From Bacteroidota bacterium (lineage in GTDB: Bacteria; Bacteroidota; Bacteroidia; Flavobacteriales; Schleiferiaceae): a DNA stretch of 64,000 bases. Position 1 is the first letter of the stretch; the number at the start of each line of letters is the position of its first letter. The notes beneath the pieces are model-generated. The model worked only from the letters and a program-made list of their open reading frames with translations, was not told the DNA's origin and ran no database searches. Location of the stretch: assembly GCA_003385605.1 (NCBI GenBank), contig QQUU01000038.1:18182-82181 (forward strand). Reading direction: 5' to 3'. Both the position numbers and the translations under genes were made by a program. Below, one piece after another: positions 49,301 through 58,778 of the stretch.

Positions 49301-50676
49301 ATGATAGCACCAAGTGGTGTCACGGAAATAGCGCTATTGCGTGTCCATCGATTGATCTCGACGCGTACAGCGGCATGTCGGGCATTCAAGTGAAGTTCGT
49401 GGCCATCAACGGATACGGCAACAACGTATTTATAGATAACATCAACATTACAGGTCAGGCGCAAGTAGCCCCGGTAGCTTCGTTTACTGGAGATTCAGCA
49501 GCTTGTACGGGTCAAGTATTGAACTTCTTTGATTTCACAACGCCAACCCCGGCAGCACGCACGTGGTACTTCCAAGGAGGTACACCGTCTACGTCAAACG
49601 CACCAAATCCATCAGTGACTTATGCTGCTGCTGGATCGTATGACGTGAAGCTGGTAGTGAGCAATGCTGCGGGTGTAGATTCAGTCACCTTAAGCAATTA
49701 TGTGACTATCACACCGGCTCCTGTATCTTCCGTAGCGTTGTCTGTGAGCGCAACAACGGTTTGTAAGCACGACAGCGTCTTCGCAACGGCAACCGGAACA
49801 AACGGTGGTCTAACCCCAGCCTACGACTGGTACGTGAATGGAACAGTAGTGCTTTCAGGTTCAACGAGCTACAGTGGAACATTCAACGACGGCGATGTAC
49901 TGAAAGTAGAGATGACCAGTTCAGACGACTGTGTTTCTGCGAAAGTGGTGGCCGATTCAATCACCATCAACGTCAACCCATTGCCTGCAGTGACTCTTAG
50001 TTCACAAGGGTATGTATGTGAGCTTGACGGACCTCAGCAACTTAGCGGTGGTACGCCAGCGGGCGGTATCTACTCAGGAACAGGGGTGACAAATGACTCT
50101 ATCTTCCCATCGGTTGCCGGTGTAGGTTCACACTGGATCTACTACACGTACGCAGATGCAACTACAGGTTGTTCGAATACGAAGCAGCGCACCATGAGTG
50201 TACAGCCTGCACCAGGGAAGCCAACAGTGAGCCAAGATGCTACAACAGGTGAATTGGTAGCAGCAACACCGGCAGGATCGTTCTCGTACGAATGGTTGGA
50301 TGCGAATATGGACCCAATCGCGGGTGCAACTTCTGCAACCTACATGCCAACAGCCAATGGCGATTACTACGTGAAGATCATTTCAAACATTCAGTGTTCG
50401 AACGTATCTGATGTGTACAGCGTAAACAATATTGGCCTTGACGAGGAGTTGCTTGCAGGTTTTGAGATCTTCCCGAACCCAGCAACCAACTTGTTGACCA
50501 TTCGTACCACAGGAGACGCTGAGCTGCGCGTTATCGATGCAGCAGGACGTACAGTCCTTGTAACAAACATTACAGGCACTCTTGACCTAGACGTTCAAGG
50601 TTGGGCACGTGGCGCCTACATGGTACAGCTCATCAAGGGCGATGTAATTGAAACACTACCAGTGATGCTCAAATAG
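46345..50676 (+). CDS. Large T9SS-sorted surface protein: ~10 BNR/Asp-box repeats (double beta-propeller-like), PKD domains, a MAM/choice-of-anchor-J-like module and Ig-like repeats
   Basis: Signal peptide. Repeated S.(D/N)GG.(S/T)W motifs across aa ~150-690. PKD-like segments (ASFTADP..., ASFTGDS...). FVEDFESGLSGWE module. C-terminal sorting domain IFPNPATNLLTI...YMVQLI. Confidence 0.85.
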   Translation: MLRKITLSLAFIAATFIANAQQRESNTLTDKEVREMTWVEAMQDYRVNFNTVVDKFNKAHRGVPYEKGHGIKQFRRWEHMMGQRVDENGVRPHPGLLYQAIQGQNNQSTNEYGEWTAMGPYNAPSNGGIGRINNVAFHPKHNDTIYAGAPAGGLWVSYDDGQSWQTFTDELTNIGVSDLAIDPVHPDTMYLATGDRDAADTYSFGLLKSTDGGVTWSSTGLSYNVNQNYRIGRVVVHPDSTNIVIAATNGGVYRSTNYGSTFTLERTGAFYGIEMGRGDTVYATTSGSSPKIYRSADAGDNWTQLTNGLPTSGKYRCEVAVSGTPGKLYVVYGDSNYGYGGVYRSTNGGNSWSLMSSTPNIMGWANNGSGSGGQAWYDLTIACDPNAENTIYVGGVNIWKSTNGGSTWSIVGHWYGAGSTPYVHADHHHAIFRPNTSQLYVGTDGGVYKTSNGGSSWSDLNDGMNITQYYKISQSTSDSSLVLAGAQDNGSHMRSTTMNWSEVTGGDGMDNGVDAVNDNRMYTSVYYGSFYTSNNGGAFFSPINSLTPSGSGNWVTPFQVDPVTANTAYAGFKKIWKTTNAGSSWSATSTNNVNGNSNIDEFEIAPSNTNYIYVLINQGVYKSTNGGSTWSTITPSGSLSPGNNVLGIAIDPDDEDHIAIAISGFNSNKKAMESFNGGQSWTNISSGLPNVPATAVIFEGNNSDGIYVGTDIGVYYKSSNYPSWVSFNKNLPNVIINDFEMYADESMLRIGTYGRGVWQSPLMVGLSTVPEASFTADPVSTCSLGDTVQLTDNTSGQPTSWYWQITPSTYNFVGGTNDSSQFPLITFTATGNYTISLTATNTYGSDDTTQYQAISVGGATLPFVEDFESGLSGWEIINPDNGMTWSSATVGGTTPGSTAMTVGHYSYSTTGAVDELVSPPLDFSNDTLVSMTFEYASAYYSSSYSDSLKVYVSDDCGSSWAEVAAWSSADANFSTAGQLTSSFVPNDSTKWCHGNSAIACPSIDLDAYSGMSGIQVKFVAINGYGNNVFIDNINITGQAQVAPVASFTGDSAACTGQVLNFFDFTTPTPAARTWYFQGGTPSTSNAPNPSVTYAAAGSYDVKLVVSNAAGVDSVTLSNYVTITPAPVSSVALSVSATTVCKHDSVFATATGTNGGLTPAYDWYVNGTVVLSGSTSYSGTFNDGDVLKVEMTSSDDCVSAKVVADSITINVNPLPAVTLSSQGYVCELDGPQQLSGGTPAGGIYSGTGVTNDSIFPSVAGVGSHWIYYTYADATTGCSNTKQRTMSVQPAPGKPTVSQDATTGELVAATPAGSFSYEWLDANMDPIAGATSATYMPTANGDYYVKIISNIQCSNVSDVYSVNNIGLDEELLAGFEIFPNPATNLLTIRTTGDAELRVIDAAGRTVLVTNITGTLDLDVQGWARGAYMVQLIKGDVIETLPVMLK

Positions 50677-50698
50677 TGCCACTGAAATATTGATAAAC

Positions 50699-50731
50699 AA
50701 AAACCCCCGGCCGTGAGGCCGGGGGTTTTTT
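50699..50731. terminator. Bidirectional intrinsic terminator between the T9SS gene and purQ
   Basis: AAAAACCCCCGGCC-GTGA-GGCCGGGGGTTTTTT. Confidence 0.85.
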
Positions 50732-50772
50732 ATGATTAAATCTTCGGAGCCGAAGCCCTCAAATATCTTGAT

Positions 50773-51468
50773 TTAGGCAACCACCATGTGGTTAATCATG
50801 CTCTTGAACAGCTCTAGACCGTCTTGGTTGCTAAGCTCAGCATCTGCAGCACGCTCCGGGTGAGGCATCATACCAAACACGTTCTTGTTTGCGTTACAAA
50901 CACCAGCGATGTTCTCGATAGCACCGTTCGGGTTTTCAGCATCAGTTACTTCGCCAGCCTCTGTTGAGTATTGGAAAAGAACTTGGTCGTTTGCTTTAAG
51001 CTCGGCCAATGTTTCTGCAGAACAGTAGAAGTTTCCTTCACCGTGTGCGATAGGGATCTTGTAGCCGCGGCTGTGGTCAAGGTCAGCAGTAATACCTGCA
51101 GTCTTGCTCACTGGCTTGATGAATACATTTTTACAGATGAACTTGTGGCTGTTGTTGTGGCGTAAGGCACCTGGCAACAAACCACTTTCTGTAAGAATCT
51201 GGAATCCATTACAAACACCAAGAACGTAACCGCCGTTGTTTGCGAAATCAATCACGCTGCCCATGATTGGGCTCATCTTTGCGATGGCACCCGAGCGCAA
51301 GTAATCGCCGTAAGAGAATCCACCTGGAAGTACCACACAGTCTACCCCTTGTAGGTCAGTATCCTTGTGCCACAGGTTCACTACTTCGTAACCCATGATG
51401 GTTTCCAATACGTAAATCATGTCTTGGTCACAATTTGACCCCGGGAAGGTGATTACACCAAACTTCAT
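50773..51468 (-). CDS. purQ: Phosphoribosylformylglycinamidine synthase, glutamine amidotransferase subunit
   Basis: MKFGVITFPGSNCD, GGFSYGDY, GVCNGFQIL (Cys nucleophile) and MPHPER. Confidence 0.9.
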   Translation of the reverse strand: MKFGVITFPGSNCDQDMIYVLETIMGYEVVNLWHKDTDLQGVDCVVLPGGFSYGDYLRSGAIAKMSPIMGSVIDFANNGGYVLGVCNGFQILTESGLLPGALRHNNSHKFICKNVFIKPVSKTAGITADLDHSRGYKIPIAHGEGNFYCSAETLAELKANDQVLFQYSTEAGEVTDAENPNGAIENIAGVCNANKNVFGMMPHPERAADAELSNQDGLELFKSMINHMVVA

Positions 51469-51531
51469 AGCGTTCGCTTTTTGTTCGTGGCAAAGGTAAA
51501 GCCTTTAAGCCAATTTTGAAGTAATGACTTA

Positions 51532-53829
51532 TTAAGGATTGTACACACTTATGGGGAATATTTTGCGTTGCCGTCCCGTATTGTCCTGAACTCGAACGAA
51601 GAGCAAGTAAACCCCACTCTGTGGTGCCATACCATGCCAATCAAATGGCCGGATCTCTACTTGCTGCAACCCCTCGCTCAAGGCCTGCTTTTCCATGGGG
51701 AAGGCGATGGGGCGGCCGGAGGCCGTGTGGACCGACAGTGAGAGCTCAGCGCCGGCCGCCACACGAAGGCGAAGCAAGGCTGTGGGGGAGAAATTTAGGG
51801 GATCGTAGGAGATGTTGGGTTGGAGCAGTTCAATATTGAAATTGGGTTGGAGTAGGTTTAAGTGTGCTATTGAATTGGGCGCATTTGGAGAAGCTTCACT
51901 GGGGTTGGCGTGATTGAAATGGTGCGGTGACCAGTTGAGTGAATCGGCCCCTGAAACCAGAAAGGAAATGCGTTCTGCACTGTGTTTATCGTACAACGGG
52001 TCATCCCAAGGAGCATAGGTCATGGCATCAATGCGCTTGCCGAAGGGACCGATAAGTTCTAATGCAGTCGGTTGGTTGGGGAGTGAAAATGGGGCAGGGA
52101 TGGCTAGGAATTGGTCCGGAAGAATGAGGGGAAATAAGATTTCCTTGGCGTTAAATGGGGCCACATCGGGGTCAATGAGATCGACATCGGCCCATCCAGT
52201 GATGGGAACCTTGCGCAATTGAAGTTCATGCATTGCCACTGGAAAGGAATTAGGGTTGTGGAGTTCAATGAATTCCTCTAGGCTATCTGGGTTGAAGTGT
52301 ACCTCCGAGAGGTGAATGTGTGAGGTATCTGGCCACTGGATAGGTTCGAAAAGCACAGTGGTGTCGCCTAGAGGCTTGGGCAGTGGAACGCCTGTGGGCA
52401 GCAGGAAGGGTCGTAACGGATCGTAGTGGGGCTGGAGTTCTGCTACAGATTCAAGGGTCATGTACGGCCAGAGTGAGTGTGGAAAATGAGCAAAGCAGTG
52501 GCCTTGGGTATCGGTGAAGAAGGCAATAGGTTGTTGATACGGAAGGCTGCCTGATGTTTTCCATTGCGGGGTATAGGTGGAAAGGGGTTCAGGGTGGAAA
52601 TGGTTCGAAAGGCCGTTGAGGCTATCCGCAGTGAGCAGGAAATCGCCCATTTCTTGATGGGACTCGAAGTTGTGCTTGTAGGGTTGAAGGGTGAGGATGA
52701 TGCCGTCTTTTTCAATGATTAGCACGGCTTCTTCGGGGAGTTTTAGCGCCGAAAATCTGCTCAGTCCGCTATCTATATCGAGCGAGTAACCTTTGGTATC
52801 GCCGTCTTTTTCGAGCACAGTTAGGACTGCATTTTCAATGGCTAATTCACTTTGCAGGTCGATAAAGTGGCCGCCGTAGTTCTCGAAGGGATGGACGGCA
52901 GTGATCCAGCACGATTTTGCTCCGGGGTATTTTATATGTAGCGAAGTGGTTGAGCCATAGCTGAAGTTGTGCGCTGCGTCTTCGGCCGGGGGGAGCAATA
53001 GGTCGAAGCTTCCCTGAGGCAAGGGGTGCTTACTTTCTGCATGCCAAATTTGGTCGTAGTGGTTGGTTATGGTTAGGGTGTCGAGGAATGTGCCGTCGCT
53101 AAGAAGGAACGCGTTGGTGCTGCCTGCCGTTTGGCACCATTCGTCCCATTCAATTACTAAGGTAAATGGGTCAAGAACGTCGGATTTCAGAATTTTAGGC
53201 CCGAGGGTGTCTGGAAAATCATAGCCTTCGGCCAAGAGTGTGGAAAACAAAAACTTATCCACACGAGAGCTGGTGTAGCGGGCATAGATACTTAGTGATT
53301 CGCTACGCATCAGCGTGCTGTCCGTGCAGGAAAAGAGCAAGGAATCTGCATCGTAGACCTCAAACTTTGCTGACGTGTCGCGCAGAATTTTTAGGGCCAA
53401 TTCAGGTTTACTCTCGTCGACGTATTCGGGAATAGATGCTAGCACTGAGTCTTGGTAGGCGTTGTGCAAGACTAAACTTAAGTGGTCTGAGGAGGTCCCG
53501 CCCAGCTGTATGGCATAGTAATTTCCGTTGTTCTCTATGAATCTGAATTCGCAGTAGTTGGAGCTCGACGGATTGAATTCCATGGTCGCCCGCAAGCGCC
53601 ATTGCCCACCAAGACCCGCTAGGCTCGGGCGCCGCCAGGTCAACGACCCTGCGCTCGGCGCAGCCGAGCGCAGGCCTTCAGTCGAAAAATTCATCCAAGC
53701 AGTATCCCCGCTCCATGCGGCTGTGGGCGAGGTCAAGGAGTCGGAAATGCGGTGGAATTGGCCACAGATAGTGTTAGAAATGAGGCAAATCAAAAAGGTT
53801 AGTGCGAGACGCAACAAGGGGCTTTTCAT
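51532..53829 (-). CDS. Secreted hypothetical protein with a lamin-tail-domain-like segment
   Basis: Signal peptide MKSPLLRLALTFLICLISNTICGQ and an LTD-like motif LSEVHFNPDSLEEFIELHNP. 765 aa. No catalytic motif recognised. Confidence 0.6.
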   Translation of the reverse strand: MKSPLLRLALTFLICLISNTICGQFHRISDSLTSPTAAWSGDTAWMNFSTEGLRSAAPSAGSLTWRRPSLAGLGGQWRLRATMEFNPSSSNYCEFRFIENNGNYYAIQLGGTSSDHLSLVLHNAYQDSVLASIPEYVDESKPELALKILRDTSAKFEVYDADSLLFSCTDSTLMRSESLSIYARYTSSRVDKFLFSTLLAEGYDFPDTLGPKILKSDVLDPFTLVIEWDEWCQTAGSTNAFLLSDGTFLDTLTITNHYDQIWHAESKHPLPQGSFDLLLPPAEDAAHNFSYGSTTSLHIKYPGAKSCWITAVHPFENYGGHFIDLQSELAIENAVLTVLEKDGDTKGYSLDIDSGLSRFSALKLPEEAVLIIEKDGIILTLQPYKHNFESHQEMGDFLLTADSLNGLSNHFHPEPLSTYTPQWKTSGSLPYQQPIAFFTDTQGHCFAHFPHSLWPYMTLESVAELQPHYDPLRPFLLPTGVPLPKPLGDTTVLFEPIQWPDTSHIHLSEVHFNPDSLEEFIELHNPNSFPVAMHELQLRKVPITGWADVDLIDPDVAPFNAKEILFPLILPDQFLAIPAPFSLPNQPTALELIGPFGKRIDAMTYAPWDDPLYDKHSAERISFLVSGADSLNWSPHHFNHANPSEASPNAPNSIAHLNLLQPNFNIELLQPNISYDPLNFSPTALLRLRVAAGAELSLSVHTASGRPIAFPMEKQALSEGLQQVEIRPFDWHGMAPQSGVYLLFVRVQDNTGRQRKIFPISVYNP

Positions 53830-53879
53830 ACGGCGGATTAAGGTTAGCTTTGTAGGGTTCTAAATAAGTTAGTGCATTT

Positions 53880-54875
53880 ATGAGAATTGCAGTAGTGGGC
53901 GCTACCGGAATGGTGGGCCAGATCATTTTGAAAGTTTTGGCGGAGCGCAGTTTCCCGGTAACGGAGTTAATTCCAGTGGCATCTTCAAGAAGCGTTGGAA
54001 AGACGGTAACCTTTGGAGGCCGCGATTGGACCATCAAAAGTTTAGAGGATGCCGTTGCTGCTGCGCCGGATTTAGCCTTGTTCTCAGCGGGTGGGAACAC
54101 CTCTTTGGAGTGGGCACCAAAGTTCGCGGCAGTAGGGACGCGAGTAGTAGATAACTCAAGCGCCTGGCGTATGGACCCTACCAAGAAATTGGTAGTTCCT
54201 GAGATTAATGCGGATGTATTGACCCAGGAGGATATGATTATCGCCAACCCAAACTGTTCGACCATTCAATTAGTAGTCGCACTTAATCCATTGCACCAAG
54301 CCTATGGCGCGAAACGTGTTTTGGTGAGCACGTATCAAAGCGTTACGGGAACGGGTAAAGCAGCCGTAGACCAGCTCGAAGGTGAGCGCGTGGGTGAAGA
54401 TGTGGACATGGTGTACCCGTACAAGATTGACCGCAACTGTATTCCGCACTGTGATATTTTCCTAGATAACGATTACACCAAAGAGGAAATGAAGATGACC
54501 CAGGAGACCGTTAAGATCATCGGTGATGAGGGCATCAAATTGGCCGCGACTGCAGTTCGTGTGCCTGTTCAAGGTGGACATAGCGAGAGCGTGAATGTGG
54601 AGTTTGAGCGTCCTTTTGACATAGCAGACGTTAAGAAGCTTTTGAGCGAAACGGATGGGGTAACTCTTCAAGATCAGCCAGAATTTAATACGTATCCAAT
54701 GCCGCTGATGGCAGAAGGAAAGGATGATGTTTTTGTAGGCCGATTGCGCCGTGATTTCACTACAGAGAACGCACTTAACATGTGGGTTGTAAGTGATAAC
54801 CTGCGTAAAGGTGCTGCAACTAATACCGTTCAGATTGCTGAAGTGCTCTTGAAGAAGGGCTTTGTGAAGAACTAA
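53880..54875 (+). CDS. asd: Aspartate-semialdehyde dehydrogenase
   Basis: VGATGMVG NAD motif, active-site ANPNCSTIQ. 331 aa. Confidence 0.9.
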   Translation: MRIAVVGATGMVGQIILKVLAERSFPVTELIPVASSRSVGKTVTFGGRDWTIKSLEDAVAAAPDLALFSAGGNTSLEWAPKFAAVGTRVVDNSSAWRMDPTKKLVVPEINADVLTQEDMIIANPNCSTIQLVVALNPLHQAYGAKRVLVSTYQSVTGTGKAAVDQLEGERVGEDVDMVYPYKIDRNCIPHCDIFLDNDYTKEEMKMTQETVKIIGDEGIKLAATAVRVPVQGGHSESVNVEFERPFDIADVKKLLSETDGVTLQDQPEFNTYPMPLMAEGKDDVFVGRLRRDFTTENALNMWVVSDNLRKGAATNTVQIAEVLLKKGFVKN

Positions 54876-54940
54876 ATCTTTTTCACACTTCGTTAGTAGA
54901 ATGGCGGAACAGGTGGCCTCCTTTTTGTGTTAGTCCCTAT

Positions 54941-55540
54941 ATGAAGATTAAAGTATTAGCAATGGCTGTGCTCGGGTTGACTCTGAGCTGTACAGCACAA
55001 ACCAACAAGAAAATGAGCGATGCGTACGCAATGGCGGTTATTCCAGAGCCTGCCGAGGGACAAGAAGTAGCTGTTTTAGCTTCGGGGTGTTTCTGGGGAA
55101 CAGAGTTCTATTTACAGAAAGTACCTGGCGTTACGGCAACAACCTGTGGTTATACCGGTGGTGTGGTGAAAAACCCAACTTACCGAGAAGTATGTACGAA
55201 GCGCACTGGACATTACGAGGCAGTGCACGTAGTCTTTGACCCAGAGCAGGTAAGTTTTGAGGAATTGGCCCGTGTATTTTTTGAAACGCACGACCCAACT
55301 CAGCGCGACGGTCAAGGCCCAGACATTGGCCCCCAATACCGCAGTGCTGTATTCTTCCAGAACGAAGCACAACGAGAAGTAGCACAGAAACTCAAGGACT
55401 TATTGATCGCAAAAGGGTACGATGTAGCCACGGAAATCCTTCCAGCTGCTGAATTCTATTCTGCAGAAAACTACCACCAAGATTATTACGACAATAAAGG
55501 AGGAACTCCTTATTGCCATGCACCTAGAAAGCTCTTCTAG
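54941..55540 (+). CDS. msrA: Peptide-methionine (S)-S-oxide reductase with an N-terminal lipoprotein-type signal
   Basis: GCFWGTE active-site motif. The signal/lipobox LTLSC suggests an exported form. Confidence 0.9.
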   Translation: MKIKVLAMAVLGLTLSCTAQTNKKMSDAYAMAVIPEPAEGQEVAVLASGCFWGTEFYLQKVPGVTATTCGYTGGVVKNPTYREVCTKRTGHYEAVHVVFDPEQVSFEELARVFFETHDPTQRDGQGPDIGPQYRSAVFFQNEAQREVAQKLKDLLIAKGYDVATEILPAAEFYSAENYHQDYYDNKGGTPYCHAPRKLF

Positions 55541-55552
55541 GATTGCATTAAA

Positions 55553-55590
55553 ACAAAAAAAGCCCGAGCAACTGCTCGGGCTTTTTGTTT
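55553..55590. terminator. Bidirectional terminator between msrA and the convergent AraC gene
   Basis: AAAAAAAAGCCCGAGC-AACT-GCTCGGGCTTTTTG. Confidence 0.8.
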
Positions 55591-56509
55591 AATTCAGTTT
55601 GCGATAGTCGCCGGGACTTTGGCCCACTTTCTTTTTGAATAAACGCGAAAAGCTTTGAGGATATTCAAAGCCTAAATCATAGGCAATTTGGCTAATGGAA
55701 TCGTTAGACCCAAGAAGCATTCCTTTTGCGGAGCGGACGATATAGTCGTCAACGTGTTCTTTGATTCCCTTACCAGTTTCTTTCTTCAAAAGGTCGCTTA
55801 GGTAGTGCGCCGACATGTTCATTTCAGCACCGAAATACGAAAGAGAAGGAATGCCGTGAGTTAAGTGTAACTCTGAATTGAAATAGGCTTTGAGGAGCTT
55901 TTCAAATTGGCCCACAAAATCACTATTCATGTTCGTACGCGTGTAAAACTGACGATCATAAAAGCGCATACAATAGCTCAAAAGCAGTTCGAGATTCGAT
56001 ACGAGTAGGTTTTGACTGTGTTGGTCAATATTCTGAGCATATTCAGTTTTAATCTGCTCAATGACTTGAAGCACAACATTGGCCTCTTTATCGCTTAGGT
56101 GGAGCGCTTCATTGACCTCATAGGAGAAGTAGGTAAAGCTGTCTATTTTATGATTGAGCGGCGACTTCAAGAGGAGGTCCGGATGAAATAGTAAGGTCCA
56201 GCCCATGTTTCCTTTGAGTTCTTCTTTCTTCGGTGAAGTGAAAACCTGACCTGGGCTTCCAAATATGAGCGTTCCTTCTTGAAAATCATACGAACTCCGG
56301 CCGTAACCTAGAGAGCCACTCACCTTGTCTTTAAACATTACAGTATACATATCTGAGGTGAATCGGACATTGAATAAGGCTTCGTCCATCCCCTCCATGC
56401 TCATTGCTTCATTTTCATTAATAAAGCTAATCAGTGGGTGTTGTGGCGCGGGTAAGCCCAACAGCTCATGAAATTGCGATACGCTTGTTATTCGAAGTAG
56501 GTCGGTCAT
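55589..56509 (-). CDS. AraC family transcriptional regulator
   Basis: C-terminal AraC HTH (SAHYLSDLLKKETGK...YPQSFSRLFKKKVGQSPGDYR). Confidence 0.85.
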   Translation of the reverse strand: MTDLLRITSVSQFHELLGLPAPQHPLISFINENEAMSMEGMDEALFNVRFTSDMYTVMFKDKVSGSLGYGRSSYDFQEGTLIFGSPGQVFTSPKKEELKGNMGWTLLFHPDLLLKSPLNHKIDSFTYFSYEVNEALHLSDKEANVVLQVIEQIKTEYAQNIDQHSQNLLVSNLELLLSYCMRFYDRQFYTRTNMNSDFVGQFEKLLKAYFNSELHLTHGIPSLSYFGAEMNMSAHYLSDLLKKETGKGIKEHVDDYIVRSAKGMLLGSNDSISQIAYDLGFEYPQSFSRLFKKKVGQSPGDYRKLN

Positions 56510-56527
56510 TTTAAACTGTAATAAGTA

Positions 56528-57646
56528 TCAATTCCACCAAATCTCTTGGTCGTAATTCAAGGTGTCTAACGAAATGGGTGCTCCAATCTTTGGAATTAAG
56601 ATAGGCATTTCCAGTTCCTTCGCTTTCTGAGTGACACGTATGGCAGGCTCATTCCAATCGTGAAGAGCCAACTTAAATGATCCCCAGTGAATAGGCATCA
56701 TTCCCTTGGTACCTATATCAACAGCCGCCATAGCCGTCTCTTCAGGAGCCATATGAATCTGGGTCCAATTCTGATTGTACTGGCCACATTCTAGCATTGC
56801 GAAATCAAAAGGACCATACTTTTCGCCGATGTCTTTAAAGTGAGTTCCGTAACCACTATCGCCACTAAAGAAGAGCCTATTGTTGGTGCCGTGGATTACC
56901 CAAGAGCCCCAAAGGGTTGAAGAGTTGTTATTCAACCCGCGCCCGCTGAAATGTCTCGATGGGGTAAAGGCGATTTGGATGGAGTCAATGCTATTTTCAT
57001 CCCACCAATTGTGCTCATGAATACGGCTGCTATCTATGCCCCAAGCTCTAAGATGTGCACCAACGCCTAATGGAACATAAAAGTCCTTTGTTTTATCCTT
57101 CAAGGCTTGAATGCTTCCATAATCCAGATGATCGTAATGATCGTGCGAGATTAAAACAGCATCAATCTCTGGCAACTCTTCTACCTCGATTGGGAGTTTT
57201 TCCGTGAATCTCTTCGTTCCCACGAGAGGACTTGGAGAGGGATGTTGACCAAGCATTGGGTCAATGAGAATATTCTTTCCATCCATGTGAAGTAGGAAGG
57301 CAGAATGACCAAACCAGATAAGCCTTTCAGTGCTATTCTCTGCAATTTCAGTAGAATCTGCATCCAGAACCGGTAAGTCGTGATCCGGCTTGGACTTAGG
57401 ATTACCCTTGATATAGGCCTTCATCAAATCAATAGAGCTTGAAAAGGTGAAATCCATAGTCGTCTCTACAAGATTCATGAATTTACCATCGACATAATGG
57501 CCGCTCTCCTGGTAACGTATTTTATCCTCTTGAGAATGCTTGCCGCCCATTTGTGGACTCACATTCACGAATACGGCAACGATGATGACCATCAATAGAA
57601 GGGAACCTCCGAGTATATATCCAATCATCTTAAATAGTCTTTTCAT
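56528..57646 (-). CDS. Membrane-anchored MBL-fold metallo-hydrolase (NAPE-PLD-like)
   Basis: N-terminal TM helix and the HxHxDH motif ISHDHYDHLD. Confidence 0.8.
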   Translation of the reverse strand: MKRLFKMIGYILGGSLLLMVIIVAVFVNVSPQMGGKHSQEDKIRYQESGHYVDGKFMNLVETTMDFTFSSSIDLMKAYIKGNPKSKPDHDLPVLDADSTEIAENSTERLIWFGHSAFLLHMDGKNILIDPMLGQHPSPSPLVGTKRFTEKLPIEVEELPEIDAVLISHDHYDHLDYGSIQALKDKTKDFYVPLGVGAHLRAWGIDSSRIHEHNWWDENSIDSIQIAFTPSRHFSGRGLNNNSSTLWGSWVIHGTNNRLFFSGDSGYGTHFKDIGEKYGPFDFAMLECGQYNQNWTQIHMAPEETAMAAVDIGTKGMMPIHWGSFKLALHDWNEPAIRVTQKAKELEMPILIPKIGAPISLDTLNYDQEIWWN

Positions 57647-57665
57647 AGTTAGGGCTACAGAGCTA

Positions 57666-58634
57666 CTAAGATAGGCCTACCAAAGGACGCGCTTTGGCAA
57701 CGAGTTTCTTGGCGGCCTCCATATCGTTGGCATGCGGGTTTGGCGACTTCATTGGCCAACCACCTTTCTTACACTCCTTATCCCGGTAAAGGACACTGTG
57801 CTGGCTGAAGTATTCACCGCTGTATTGAGTAACATCATCAGACAATAGACAATGTAATGACGTCTGTGCGCTCTCCCAGCTGCTATCACTAAAGCCAAGT
57901 GCAGAGAATACAGGAGTTAGCATTGCAAGTAAAGAATCCATAAATGCACCGCCGCCTTTACCAAAGTTTGATCGTGCCCAACCTGGGTGAATCGAGTAGG
58001 TGGTAACCCCAGTGCCTTCTAAGCGCTTTGCAAGTTCCATCGCATATTGAACCGATGCGGTCTTTGCTTCACCGTAGGCTGCGAAGTTGTTGTATTTTCT
58101 ATTCTTCCAATGCAGATCGTCTAAATGAACTTGGTAACGGTTTTTCGGACTCCCTGCATGAACCACTGAAGAGAGTATAATCATTCTTGCTTCTGGCGTA
58201 GCTTTCAAGGTATCGAGGAGCAATTCTGTCATTAAAAAGTGTCCGAAGAAGCTCGCTGCCATGGTGATTTCAAATCCGTCTTTGGTGTAGATGGGCTCAT
58301 TTTTCATGTTCACCATACCCGCATTGCATGCTAAACCATCCAATTGCTTATGCTTTTTATGAAACGCTTCAACGAACGCTCGAACAGATGCTAAATCTGC
58401 CAAATCACATCGCATAATCTCATACGTGCCTTCGAACGAGCCGAAATTTTTAGCAGCTTCTTCGCCTGCCTCAGTACGGCGAACCGCCAAAACCACATGC
58501 GCTCCTTGCTTTACAAGTTGCTGTGCGGTTTCAAAACCAACGCCTGAGTTTGCACCGGTGACGATGTATGTTTTTCCTTTTAAGTCTTTCTCGAAAAGGG
58601 CTTTATCTGCCCAGATTAAATTTTTGCTTGCCAT
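57666..58634 (-). CDS. SDR family oxidoreductase
   Basis: TGANSGVGFE cofactor motif and the catalytic YGEAK (YxxxK). Confidence 0.85.
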   Translation of the reverse strand: MASKNLIWADKALFEKDLKGKTYIVTGANSGVGFETAQQLVKQGAHVVLAVRRTEAGEEAAKNFGSFEGTYEIMRCDLADLASVRAFVEAFHKKHKQLDGLACNAGMVNMKNEPIYTKDGFEITMAASFFGHFLMTELLLDTLKATPEARMIILSSVVHAGSPKNRYQVHLDDLHWKNRKYNNFAAYGEAKTASVQYAMELAKRLEGTGVTTYSIHPGWARSNFGKGGGAFMDSLLAMLTPVFSALGFSDSSWESAQTSLHCLLSDDVTQYSGEYFSQHSVLYRDKECKKGGWPMKSPNPHANDMEAAKKLVAKARPLVGLS

Positions 58635-58732
58635 GATTACGGTTTTTTAACAGTACAAACGTCCGATAACAAATCGGCCAAAACGTAACAGAAAAAAGAA
58701 AGGTTGTAACCAAAAGGTCGAAGCAAAGAAAA

Positions 58733-58762
58733 CCCCCAACTTGAAAGAAGGGGGTTCTAAAA
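58733..58762 (-). terminator. Intrinsic terminator of fabH-accB-accC
   Basis: On the minus strand: AACCCCC-12 nt loop-GGGGGTT followed by TTCTTTG. Confidence 0.65.
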
Positions 58763-58778
58763 AAGTATTCTTTGAAAG

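Noticed and set aside
53774-54265. 163-aa minus-strand ORF overlapping the asd start
   Set aside because: It is antisense to the asd N-terminal NAD-binding region and runs across the intergenic promoter region. No motif was found.
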